From the IMG/VR virus record IMGVR_UViG_3300027499_000006, positions 10,950 through 74,949 of that record: DNA of 64,000 nucleotides; one strand, given 5' to 3'. A program made the translations under genes and the position numbers. Source of the DNA: a virus. How positions within the stretch are numbered: the first letter of the stretch is position 1; each line of letters begins with the position of its first letter. This document shows, piece by piece, positions 9,301-17,361 of the stretch. The notes below the pieces were generated by a model, which made no database searches, had not been told where the DNA came from, and saw only the letters and a list, made by a program, of their open reading frames with translations.

Positions 9301-12300
9301 ACTGCATTGAAAAGGGAATCGGTCTTGACCAAGAGGCAGAAGGCTCCGTAGAGGCTGGGGAGCTCGGCTATTGCAACGCTCTTGACTTTAAGTGCGCCTC
9401 TGAGCGAACCTGTAACGCTTGGGCATCTGGTGGCCCAGTTACTGCTGGTGGAGACTACAAAGTTGGAGACGACGTAAACGTTGATGTCGAAGAGTTCTTC
9501 GCAAGGCCGATGTACGAACTCCCTGAGGGACTAAAAGAGTATGTCGAAGAGGTAGAGCAAAGTGACGAGTATGAAATTATGCTTGACGACCTTGTTCCTA
9601 CTCAACGTACCGTAAACATGGCTCGCGTTAAAGACGCTATGGACTCCGACAAGCCAATCCAAGTTTGGGTTAATGAAGACGGTGAGCCTGAAATTGTGAA
9701 TGGCCACCACCGCTCTGTGGCAAAAAGAATGAGTGGCGAAGACACTATTATGGCTAAAGTTTACGACTTTAGGGGGTTTGTTGCTACTGCTGGCTCAAAG
9801 CCTGCTCCCAAGAAAGAGCGAATTAAGGGCTCAAAGCGAAACAAGTCAGGGTCTGGAAAAACTGGTGCTGGAGTAACTTTCACTCAGAAGATTGAAGATG
9901 CTCTGGCAACCAAAGCTACCAAGCACAATGAAACTGCCAAGCAGGGTAGAAAAACCAACATCAGAACTTTGAAGGCTGTCTACCGTAGAGGGGCAGGAGC
10001 ATTTTCAACTTCGCACCGCCCCGACCAGAACCGCAACAGCTGGGCCATGGCTCGAGTAAACGCATTCTTGCACCTACTTAAGACTGGTACCCCCAAGAAC
10101 AGTAAGTACATTACTGACAATGACCTTCTTCCCGCTAGCCACCCAAAATCCACAAAAAGCGCGTCAAGTGCTTTAGTTTCTGCTGGCTATAGCGGTCAGG
10201 ATGGGGCATCCTTCAGTATTCCTCTTGTCATTCCTGAAGAAGTCGAGTCTGGAGATGGCAGAAAGTTTAATAAGGGTGCTATTGAAATAAGGGAGCTTCC
10301 ACTTCCACTCTTGTGGCAGATTGAAACTGGCAATGGCCACGATGGTTCTGTTGTTGTTGGTCGGATTGACCGCATGGAACAAACCGAAGAAGGTATTGGA
10401 AACGCCTACGGTGTCTTTGATTCTGGGGTGTACGGGAGTGAAGCTGAGCGTCTAGTTCGCGAGGGCTTCCTCCGTGGTGTTTCTGCTGATATGGACAAGT
10501 TTGAAGCAACAGAAGAAGTTGTCACTGAAGCAAGTGACGACGATGATAACAAGAAAATCAAAAAAGAAAAAATTATTATTAAGTCGGCTCGTGTAATGGC
10601 CGTTACAATAGTACCTAAGCCCGCTTTTCAAGAGTGCAAAATTTTCCTTGAAGAACCCAAGGACCAACCCCAGGAGGATAACATGATTCCCGACGGAATC
10701 TATATTGAAGACATTGAGCCCGCTGAGGCAGAGGCAGTTGTTGCTTCTGGCCTTATTGCTGGGTCCATCCCCGTTGCACCACCCAAGTCGTGGTTTACTA
10801 ACCCACAGCTTAAGCAACCGACACCCCTTACCGTCACCGACGAGGGCCGTGTCTATGGACACATTGCAGCGTGGGATGTTGACCACATTGGTATGGTTTC
10901 AGGCACTCGCCCCCCACGTAGCCGTAGTAACTATTCCTACTTTCACACAGGGGTCCTCCGCACTGAAGAGGGTGTTGATGTTCCTGTTGGTCAGATTACT
11001 CTTGCTGGTGGACACGCTGACATTCGCGCAAGCGCATCCGAGGCCGTCAAGCACTACGACGACACCGCAAGCGCAGCAATTGATGTTCACGCTGGTGAGG
11101 ACGCTTACGGTATTTGGGTAGCTGGTTCGCTCCGCCCAGGTGTCACCCCCGAGCAGGTTCGTGCCCTCCGCGCATCTGCTCCGTCTGGTGACTGGCGTCC
11201 AATTCGTGGCAACCTCGAGCTTGTTGCAGTGTGTCAGGTTAATGTTCCTGGGTTCCCCATTGCTCGCGCAATGGTTGCCTCTGGACAGGTTACAGCGCTG
11301 ATTGCGGCTGGTGCCTCGGTTCTGGCTAAGATGCGACACAACCCCATGCAGGAGCTCAATGAGCGTCTATCTAAGCTCGAGCAGAAGGAGAAGGCTGGCC
11401 TTATCGCAGCAGCACAGGAAGCTCGCGCTAAGTTCCAAGCTCTTCGCCCATCACAGGAAGAGCCTGTTGTTGCAGATGCCTTCTATCAGGAAGTTCAGCC
11501 AAGTCTTGTCCCGATGCTAGAGAAGACTCTGGCTGATGTCGTATCCTTTACGTTTATCGCTCAGGGGTACCACTGGAACGTCAAGGGCAAGAACTTCCCT
11601 CAGTATCACGAGTTTTTCGGAGAAATTTACGAAGAGGTTCAGGGCTCGATTGACCCCCTCGCTGAGAACATTCTTAAGCTCGGTTACGACGCTCCCATGG
11701 GCATCCTGGCTTACGCCGAGATGAGTGAGCTTTCTGCTTCTGGCACAAAGGACTCTTCCTGTGAAGCAATGGCTTATGACCTGTACTTTGCTAACAACAA
11801 AGTCTTGGACGACTATAAAGAAGCTTTCGCAACAGCAGATTCCATGAACGAACAGGGCGTTGCTGATTTCCTTGCGGGACGCATTGACATGCACCAGAAA
11901 TGGGCGTGGCAGTTGAAGGCTTCTTCAATGCCCGAGAAGATGCGCAAAGAGAGCTACGAGGACGCTCTCGAGCCGATGGACATGATGCGTGAATACGTTG
12001 ATGAGGTCCCCGAGGTTGCCATGATTTCTAGTGGAGCCGAGCACAACTTTGAAGCTTTTAGCGCCCTTACTGAACTGGCTAAGTTCACTAAGGAGGAGCG
12101 CGAAGAGCTTGCCAAAGAGGGCAAGGCTATGCCAGACGGTTCCTACCCCATCAGGAATGAAGAAGACCTGAAGAATGCAGTGTCAACTTATGGACTTGGT
12201 AAGTCTGCAAAGAAGGACATTAAAGCTCACATTATTAAGCGTGCCAAGGAGCTCAACAAAGAAGACCTCATCCCTGAGAATTGGATGGGCAAGAAGGACT

Positions 12301-12359
12301 TCTCCGTTGAGGACATGCGCAACCGTATTGCCGAGCTTAGTGCCAATATGGAGAAGTAG
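6366..12359 (+). CDS. Capsid maturation (prohead) protease polyprotein with multiple accessory domains including ParB-like and Dps
   Basis: Protease-type region (ESGDGRKF...LPLLWQ...HDGSVVVGRID...LRGVSADMD; TVTDEGRVYGHIAAW...SGDWRP...LELVAVCQVNVPGFP) as in actinophage maturation proteases; position upstream of the MCP; 1997 aa. Confidence 0.8.
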   Translation: MTEFIGSSGPLMLYTQGAWGVVVDSEVGLVVASGASGLLTTSRRWTTQDVKPTGETDEIAEASLSGLVASGKGSSSKYTIPKSVQAEAKKALEWRKKEGRGGTDVGLNTARTLAKGGQIGIEKIRHIAKYFPRHEVDKRGRGYRPGDDGFPSNGRIAWALWGGDTGWRWARTIVEREEKKALNASGYDLKNFPTTAVDADEFTYDDSPDYMSEFLARMRLDGSGMDRLYRVDSENNCFVWDDGQWDDLGISGGNVWDYDEELDQGVQDSVEKTHFVIDPESAIIVAARLYVNPSTPVTVEDIDEYEAKLAVAAIEDEDWDFIDRTLLSDGSFQSQEEEDGDYTPEERAENASKQVRNKEGKFAKTGSRVVVGNDPARGSGVIKRIEPETQSVVVELDGGREITVPAKTVEDAKNYPAQTQEVAPAEKKTVDTSGILGERRSAVKKSKAKLSKDIPTIEPKELRNIISNYPAWVKEQRDNKIVDEKSPATRPSPYEHPLLQNWLRKRSGSDKYPMSSWSNPITAAADEKLVSPDTSDVQPVYMAVVDADDPRAVLDLISLVPASTVSNSPMVYTREQGKWVRDPKTLTDLNSPTPPPVVPLDSEETLNDVLKQVDFAQGVTASIALTVLYGNEPIVSSIKENISKALRKYWIAGAGAKKIQWGVGGDWYRCVRQLAPFMGVRAKSYCQMLHKTALGYYTSTHARMERAKLGQFELEEEELAVEFTEVTQSDMHTPLEKILSQKGEDEDFDIDEDIKILLSDVEALDYEDYALIAAGGADRNRGGAENLRRYWTIGKGGLKIRWGTPGDWTRCARQLRKYMGARAQGYCALRHKEMNGFWPGDKKNRRKFSFDDTYILKDEEQLISDSFFSALSDMSLEEIILASVHHETGDLGYSPEGEEEVFITEDGETCPPSTQDIQLNLANRQNAIDNVGYGPLNPAQANDVFWQDKAERWNTTVREAKSARCGNCVFFIRTPDMLNCIEKGIGLDQEAEGSVEAGELGYCNALDFKCASERTCNAWASGGPVTAGGDYKVGDDVNVDVEEFFARPMYELPEGLKEYVEEVEQSDEYEIMLDDLVPTQRTVNMARVKDAMDSDKPIQVWVNEDGEPEIVNGHHRSVAKRMSGEDTIMAKVYDFRGFVATAGSKPAPKKERIKGSKRNKSGSGKTGAGVTFTQKIEDALATKATKHNETAKQGRKTNIRTLKAVYRRGAGAFSTSHRPDQNRNSWAMARVNAFLHLLKTGTPKNSKYITDNDLLPASHPKSTKSASSALVSAGYSGQDGASFSIPLVIPEEVESGDGRKFNKGAIEIRELPLPLLWQIETGNGHDGSVVVGRIDRMEQTEEGIGNAYGVFDSGVYGSEAERLVREGFLRGVSADMDKFEATEEVVTEASDDDDNKKIKKEKIIIKSARVMAVTIVPKPAFQECKIFLEEPKDQPQEDNMIPDGIYIEDIEPAEAEAVVASGLIAGSIPVAPPKSWFTNPQLKQPTPLTVTDEGRVYGHIAAWDVDHIGMVSGTRPPRSRSNYSYFHTGVLRTEEGVDVPVGQITLAGGHADIRASASEAVKHYDDTASAAIDVHAGEDAYGIWVAGSLRPGVTPEQVRALRASAPSGDWRPIRGNLELVAVCQVNVPGFPIARAMVASGQVTALIAAGASVLAKMRHNPMQELNERLSKLEQKEKAGLIAAAQEARAKFQALRPSQEEPVVADAFYQEVQPSLVPMLEKTLADVVSFTFIAQGYHWNVKGKNFPQYHEFFGEIYEEVQGSIDPLAENILKLGYDAPMGILAYAEMSELSASGTKDSSCEAMAYDLYFANNKVLDDYKEAFATADSMNEQGVADFLAGRIDMHQKWAWQLKASSMPEKMRKESYEDALEPMDMMREYVDEVPEVAMISSGAEHNFEAFSALTELAKFTKEEREELAKEGKAMPDGSYPIRNEEDLKNAVSTYGLGKSAKKDIKAHIIKRAKELNKEDLIPENWMGKKDFSVEDMRNRIAELSANMEK
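9580..9775 (+). other. ParB/Sulfiredoxin-like domain within the polyprotein
   Basis: LVPTQ...KPIQV...IVNGHHRSVAKRMSG...: PIxV and (D/N)GHHR motif. Confidence 0.6.
11500..11930 (+). other. dps: Dps/ferritin-like domain within the protease polyprotein
   Basis: QGYHWNVKGKNFPQYHEFFGEIYEEVQGSIDPLAENILKLG: H, H+12, D+27, E+31 spacing matches the Dps ferroxidase centre (H31/H43/D58/E62 in Listeria Dps); C-terminal helix DFLAGRIDMHQKWAWQL. Confidence 0.9.
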
Positions 12360-13063
12360 TGCCTGATAACCTCAAAGAGTTTATTGCTTCTGAAGACCTG
12401 CGCAAGCTGGTCGAAAAAGTCGACCCATCCATCAAAGATGAGGCTGAAAAAGAGGCAGATAAGCTTGAGAAAGAGGCAGAAGAGCTAGAGAAGATTGATG
12501 GTCAAGCTCCCTCAGTTGACACTAAAGAACAAGAATACGACAAAGAAGGTCGTAGGCGCTACACCGCCAAAACTCAGCCACGTGACGCACAAGGCAAATT
12601 TAGATTAGTTCTTGCAAGAATTAAACAGAATCTTGGGACATCTGGAAACCAAGGTGTTCTAGAAAAAATTGAACAGGCTGAAAATCTTGACAATGCTGGT
12701 GACTACGCTGGCGCTGTGGAGGCGTCTTCTGACCTCATTAGCACAGTGGACCGCCTCGACTCTGGGGCTCTTAATGCAAAGTCTGTGGAAAATGTTCGAC
12801 TCGCCACATCAGATTTGGGCAAGGTAATTTCTAACTTACCTCTTCCTTTTGATAATCAAGCTCAAAAGGTTCGGTATAGCGATTTACCCGCTGCTCTAAA
12901 GACTCTCACCAAGAAATTAATTTCTCGTGTTGAGGAAAAAATCGGAGCGGAAGACGCCGAGATTGCAACAAAAGAACTACGCGACTTTATGTCAGGAGCT
13001 GACTTCTATAGTCAAGCAGAGGTTTCTGCACAATTAAATAGAATGCTCAGATTACTAACTTAA
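12359..13063 (+). CDS. Hypothetical head-region protein
   Basis: 234-aa helical ORF overlapping the previous stop; contains QPRDAQGKF motif. Confidence 0.65.
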   Translation: MPDNLKEFIASEDLRKLVEKVDPSIKDEAEKEADKLEKEAEELEKIDGQAPSVDTKEQEYDKEGRRRYTAKTQPRDAQGKFRLVLARIKQNLGTSGNQGVLEKIEQAENLDNAGDYAGAVEASSDLISTVDRLDSGALNAKSVENVRLATSDLGKVISNLPLPFDNQAQKVRYSDLPAALKTLTKKLISRVEEKIGAEDAEIATKELRDFMSGADFYSQAEVSAQLNRMLRLLT

Positions 13064-13151
13064 ATTTAGTGTAGTATATAATCATAAACTAGCGGGTGTA
13101 GTGCCTAAACATTTTTGTGTATTAGTCCCTATGCCTCAGACTATTCGAACG

Positions 13152-13175
13152 CATGTGAGTACCATTACTCACATG
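13152..13175 (+). promoter_or_regulatory. Perfect 10-bp hairpin in the MCP leader
   Basis: CATGTGAGTA-ccat-TACTCACATG, about 15 nt upstream of the AAGGAGAGG ribosome-binding site. Confidence 0.5.
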
Positions 13176-13201
13176 TATAACTGGCCCAAAGGAGAGGTAC
13201 A

Positions 13202-15238
13202 GTGGACCAAATCAAATCGCAGCTAGACAGGCTTGCAGACCTCGATGACGAACTAGTCACCGAGCTCGAGTCAAGTATCGTCACTGAGTTTGAATCGGTC
13301 GAAGCAGGTGAAACTACTCCCGAGTCAGTTGATGCCATGACAGCTCTCGCTGAAATGCTCGAAACCGTTCGTGCGGAAACTCAACGCCGTGTTGCACAAG
13401 CTGAAGAGCTTACTGCCCGCGCTGCTGAGGCCGCTGCCCGAGTTAAGGGTGACGGAATCGAAGAAGCAGAAGTTGCTCCCATGGAAGAAGAGGAACCTGT
13501 CTCTACCGAAGAGGACGAGATGCCAGCTGAGGAGACTCCAGAAGAAATGATGGAAGACCCTGAGATGGAAGAGGAAACTCCTACCATGGAGGAAGAAGAG
13601 GACGAGGATAAGGATAAGACTATGTCCAAAGCATCAACAGAGTCGGGTAAAGCTGCAGAATTCACCGCAGAAGCCGATGAGAACGTTGTCGAAGAGGCTG
13701 TAGTAGAGGTCGCTGAAACAGAGTCTGAAGCAGGGGTGGCCGAAGAAGCCACTTCCGTTGAAGAGTCTGCCGAGGTCTTTGCAACAGAAGAGACAGAACC
13801 TGTTACCGAAGTAGAGGAAATCTCCGCTGAGGAAGCAGTAGAAGCACCCGAGGAAGCAACTGGTGAAGAAGTGTTCTCCACCGAAGAAGTTGTTGCTGAG
13901 GAATCCGAAACAGAAACTAGTGAGCCTGAGGCTCAGGAAGAGGCACCCGTGACCGCCGCAGTTGATGGAACTATTGATGTTCCTGCTGACCGCCGCCCAG
14001 TTGTATCCGTGGCGTCCGCTCCAGTAGCAATTACTGCTGGCGCTGACATCCCTGGACACTCGGCTGGTAGCACCCTTGCAGATATGCGCGAAGTTGCGGA
14101 GGCAATGGAGAAGCGTCTCCACAGCCTTCGTCGCGTAAATGGTGGAGATGGAGAGCAGCACATTGTTGCATCTATCACCACTGAGTACCCCGAGGAACGT
14201 ACTCTCGGTACTGACCCCGAAGAGAACCGCGCCAAGATTGAAAGATTAGTAGGAGCTGAGGCACTTGTTGCTTCGGGTGGTTTCGCCACCCCGCTTGAGG
14301 TCCGCTATGACGTTTTCGGTCTCGGTACAGCAGTCCGCCCCGTGCGTGACTCTCTTCCCCGTTTCCAGGCAGACCGTGGTGGCGTTCGCTACGTGACTCC
14401 GCCTGTATTGTCCAGCTATGCAGACGCCGTTGGTGTTTGGACAGCTTCTAACGATGCAGCAGAGACACCCGACCCCGCAACCAAGACCAGCCTGACCGTC
14501 ACAGCTGCTGCTGAGCTGACAGCCGTCACTGACGCTGTTACTCTGCAGATGCAGTTTGGTAACCTGTTTACTCGCGCATACCCTGAACTGCTTGCTCGCC
14601 ACAACGAGCTTGGTCTGATTCAGCACGCACGTGAGGCAGAGCAGAACATCCTATCTCGCATCGGAACTGGTTCAACAGCTGTCACAACCACAAGCCTCAT
14701 TGGTGTCGGTCGTGACTTCTTGGTCCAGATTAAGCGTGCTGCAGCGGCCTACCGTTCGCGTCACCGCATTGACCCTAGCACCCAGCTTCGCGCCATCATC
14801 CCTTCGTGGGTGTACGACGCAATGGCTGCGGACCTCGCTCTGGCAATGCCTGGAGATGGCACCATCTCGGTGAGCAACTCCGAAATCAACGGATACCTAG
14901 CGAACTCCAACGTTGCCCTCGTGGCTTCTTTGGACGCAAATGTGTTCGGTTCTCAGGGTACAGCTGCACTCCTTGAGTTCCCCGACTCATTCACTTGGTA
15001 CCTGTTCGCTGAGGGAACATTCTTGTTCCTCGACGGTGGAACACTCGACCTCGGAATTATCCGTGACTCGGGTCTCGTTGGAACCAACGACTACAAGATG
15101 TTCGTTGAGACCTTCGAGGGTGTTGCCAAGGTTGGCGTTGAATCGCTTGCCATCACCTCGACCATCTCGGTCAACGGTGCAGCAGCTGCCCTCCGCGACA
15201 CCACTGGTGGCGCAACCGCAGCGGCTATCGAGTACTAA
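13202..15238 (+). CDS. Major capsid protein (HK97 fold) with N-terminal acidic scaffolding region; probable hexamer protein
   Basis: About 250 aa of Glu-rich scaffold, then ALVASGGFATPLEVRYD...RDSLPRFQADRGG; strong SD; followed by a UUCG hairpin; synteny like cluster B mycobacteriophages. Confidence 0.85.
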   Translation: MDQIKSQLDRLADLDDELVTELESSIVTEFESVEAGETTPESVDAMTALAEMLETVRAETQRRVAQAEELTARAAEAAARVKGDGIEEAEVAPMEEEEPVSTEEDEMPAEETPEEMMEDPEMEEETPTMEEEEDEDKDKTMSKASTESGKAAEFTAEADENVVEEAVVEVAETESEAGVAEEATSVEESAEVFATEETEPVTEVEEISAEEAVEAPEEATGEEVFSTEEVVAEESETETSEPEAQEEAPVTAAVDGTIDVPADRRPVVSVASAPVAITAGADIPGHSAGSTLADMREVAEAMEKRLHSLRRVNGGDGEQHIVASITTEYPEERTLGTDPEENRAKIERLVGAEALVASGGFATPLEVRYDVFGLGTAVRPVRDSLPRFQADRGGVRYVTPPVLSSYADAVGVWTASNDAAETPDPATKTSLTVTAAAELTAVTDAVTLQMQFGNLFTRAYPELLARHNELGLIQHAREAEQNILSRIGTGSTAVTTTSLIGVGRDFLVQIKRAAAAYRSRHRIDPSTQLRAIIPSWVYDAMAADLALAMPGDGTISVSNSEINGYLANSNVALVASLDANVFGSQGTAALLEFPDSFTWYLFAEGTFLFLDGGTLDLGIIRDSGLVGTNDYKMFVETFEGVAKVGVESLAITSTISVNGAAAALRDTTGGATAAAIEY

Positions 15239-15250
15239 AATATGTGGACT

Positions 15251-15274
15251 CCCGGGGGGCTTCGGCCCCCTGGG
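15251..15274 (+). terminator. C(UUCG)G hairpin after the MCP (terminator or mRNA-stabilising)
   Basis: CCCGGGGGGC-TTCG-GCCCCCTGGG; no clear U-tract. Confidence 0.55.
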
Positions 15275-15315
15275 TACCCCCATCCACACACAAGACTTAG
15301 CTAAGGAATAATCAC

Positions 15316-16191
15316 ATGGTCTTTCCAAAGAATGGCGTTGTAACGGCACCCAAGATTGTGCCTTCCGCATTTGGACTTTTGACTGTTGCCAAGCCCGAGA
15401 ACTCTGCCGATGAGGACAGATGGATTCGTGGATTTGCCCAAGAGTGGGAGACCACAGTCAACTACCTGACCAACTGGGACGACACAGACACAACGTCAGA
15501 TGCAATTGTCAACAATGCAACAGTTAACTACTACGACGACATCAAGCCTTTCTTCATTGAAGTTGAAGAAAACATTTCTACTTTAGGTCTAATCGGGCTG
15601 GACAGATTCGCCCGTCTTACTCGTCAAATTGAGGGTGTTTCTCAGAAAGCTATGGAAACTGAGCTTTGGGATGGGACCATCCGCAAAGGCGAAAGCCACA
15701 ATAATCTCGCACTTTCTTCTGCGGGAGCAACAGTTCTTAATGGTGGAACAGCACTTAATGCACGTCGCGCACTTGCCCTTCTTGAGTTTCAGATGGGAAC
15801 TGTGTCCCACGCGGGGGAGCAGGGAGTAATCCACATGACTCGCGACGTTTTTGCCCTAATTAGTGCAAATGGTCAAGCTTTCTACCACGAAGAGGGAATG
15901 GACCACTTGCAGACTCTTGCGGGAACTCCCGTAATTGTTGGCTCCGGCTACACAGGTGTGGGACCAGATGGCGACGCAAACCTATCTGCCACTGCCACAA
16001 ACAAATGGATGTATGCCACTGGCACTGTCAAGACTTATCTTGGTGAGGTTGATGTGGTAAACGATAACTTGGCACAAGCTTATGATGTGTCGGGAAACCA
16101 GAATGACATGAAGCTAAAAGCAATTCGCCCAGCGGCGGTTTACTTTGACCCTTCGATACACCTCGCAGTACGAGTAGACCTCACGGTTTAA
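15316..16191 (+). CDS. Second capsid protein, probable major capsid pentamer protein
   Basis: 291 aa between MCP and major tail protein, METELWDG motif; same position as the pentamer gene of Rosebush-type phages (synteny-based). Confidence 0.55.
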   Translation: MVFPKNGVVTAPKIVPSAFGLLTVAKPENSADEDRWIRGFAQEWETTVNYLTNWDDTDTTSDAIVNNATVNYYDDIKPFFIEVEENISTLGLIGLDRFARLTRQIEGVSQKAMETELWDGTIRKGESHNNLALSSAGATVLNGGTALNARRALALLEFQMGTVSHAGEQGVIHMTRDVFALISANGQAFYHEEGMDHLQTLAGTPVIVGSGYTGVGPDGDANLSATATNKWMYATGTVKTYLGEVDVVNDNLAQAYDVSGNQNDMKLKAIRPAAVYFDPSIHLAVRVDLTV

Positions 16192-16238
16192 CTGTACAAT
16201 TGAAATAACCAACAAGCTGAAAAAGGAGAATAGCTAAC

Positions 16239-17294
16239 ATGGCTACTCAAGATTATGCCGCAAGCATTCAAGGTGTGTCCATCCGTGTCACGCGCCTGAA
16301 TGCCGACGGGACACTCGCTAATGGCGCTGGGGATAGCTACACTACCTCGGCTTTTATGCGCATGTCTTTCACCCCAGAGTACGAAGAAGGCGATGAAATT
16401 ACAGAGAAGTCGGCCAACGGCTCCATCTGTGTTTCTTACAAAGCCCCTGACACACTCAAGCGCATCACGATGGAACTTGCCATCTGTGAGCCCGACCCCG
16501 AGCTGACAAACCTCATTTCTGGTGGTCTCTTGCTTCGCAAGAACCTCGGAACTTTTGGTACACCCAACCGCAAGAGCATTGGTTGGTCGTCACCAAACGT
16601 TGGAGATGACCCCTCTGGTAACGGTGTTGCCATTGAATGTTGGTCCTTCGCGGTTAAGGACGGACGTCGTGCTTCGACTCTTCCGTACTTCCACTGGGTC
16701 TTCCCCTACGCCAAGCTTCGCCAGAGTGGTGACCGAGTTATCGAAAACGGTATGCTCGCAAACACCTTCGAAGGCTATGGATTGGGCAACGTTAGTTTCG
16801 GCTCCGGCCTTGACGAGCGCTGGGAGTTCCCAACTGCCACGGAGCGTCCATACTCATACGCTCGCGCTTCCTATGCACCGACTGGACGTAATGGATTCTA
16901 CACTTGGCATGGTGAACTGGACGCTACCATCACAGACCTAGCTGTCGCATCTAACGTTGCTACCGTTACCACATCCGCAGCACACACTTTTGCTGTTGGT
17001 GACGAGGTCATAATTGATTCTCTTGAGGATTCGGGAAATGTCGTTTACGATGGCACCTACACAATCACTGTTGTACCATCAACTACCACCTTCAGGTTCG
17101 CGTTTACGGGTGACAACCTAACTGAAGAGGCAGCCACGGGAACAGCTACTGTTCTCGCCGGTAGTCGTGAGGTGACCACCCTGCCAGACGTCAACACTGA
17201 GTCTGACGGAGATAACGTACCTGGTGCTGTTGACTTCAACGCCGACGAGCCGATTGACTTTGTCTTGAACTCGTCTGAGGACCCCGCGTCCTAA
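16239..17294 (+). CDS. Major tail (tube) protein with C-terminal HxFxxGD beta-domain
   Basis: IRVTRLNADG...EYEEGDEITEK...C...LKRITMELAICEPDPE...YFHWVFP; SD AAGGAG; C-terminal NVATVTT..HTFAVGD...YDGTYTIT...TTFRF domain. Confidence 0.85.
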   Translation: MATQDYAASIQGVSIRVTRLNADGTLANGAGDSYTTSAFMRMSFTPEYEEGDEITEKSANGSICVSYKAPDTLKRITMELAICEPDPELTNLISGGLLLRKNLGTFGTPNRKSIGWSSPNVGDDPSGNGVAIECWSFAVKDGRRASTLPYFHWVFPYAKLRQSGDRVIENGMLANTFEGYGLGNVSFGSGLDERWEFPTATERPYSYARASYAPTGRNGFYTWHGELDATITDLAVASNVATVTTSAAHTFAVGDEVIIDSLEDSGNVVYDGTYTITVVPSTTTFRFAFTGDNLTEEAATGTATVLAGSREVTTLPDVNTESDGDNVPGAVDFNADEPIDFVLNSSEDPAS

Positions 17295-17308
17295 CAAGTA
17301 CCAACGAT

Positions 17309-17345
17309 TAAGCGGGTGGTATGCGTAATGTGTACCACCCGCTTA
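17309..17345 (+). terminator. 13-bp inverted repeat after the major tail gene
   Basis: TAAGCGGGTGGTA...TACCACCCGCTTA. Confidence 0.55.
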
Positions 17346-17361
17346 CCGTAAGGAGGGCAAA

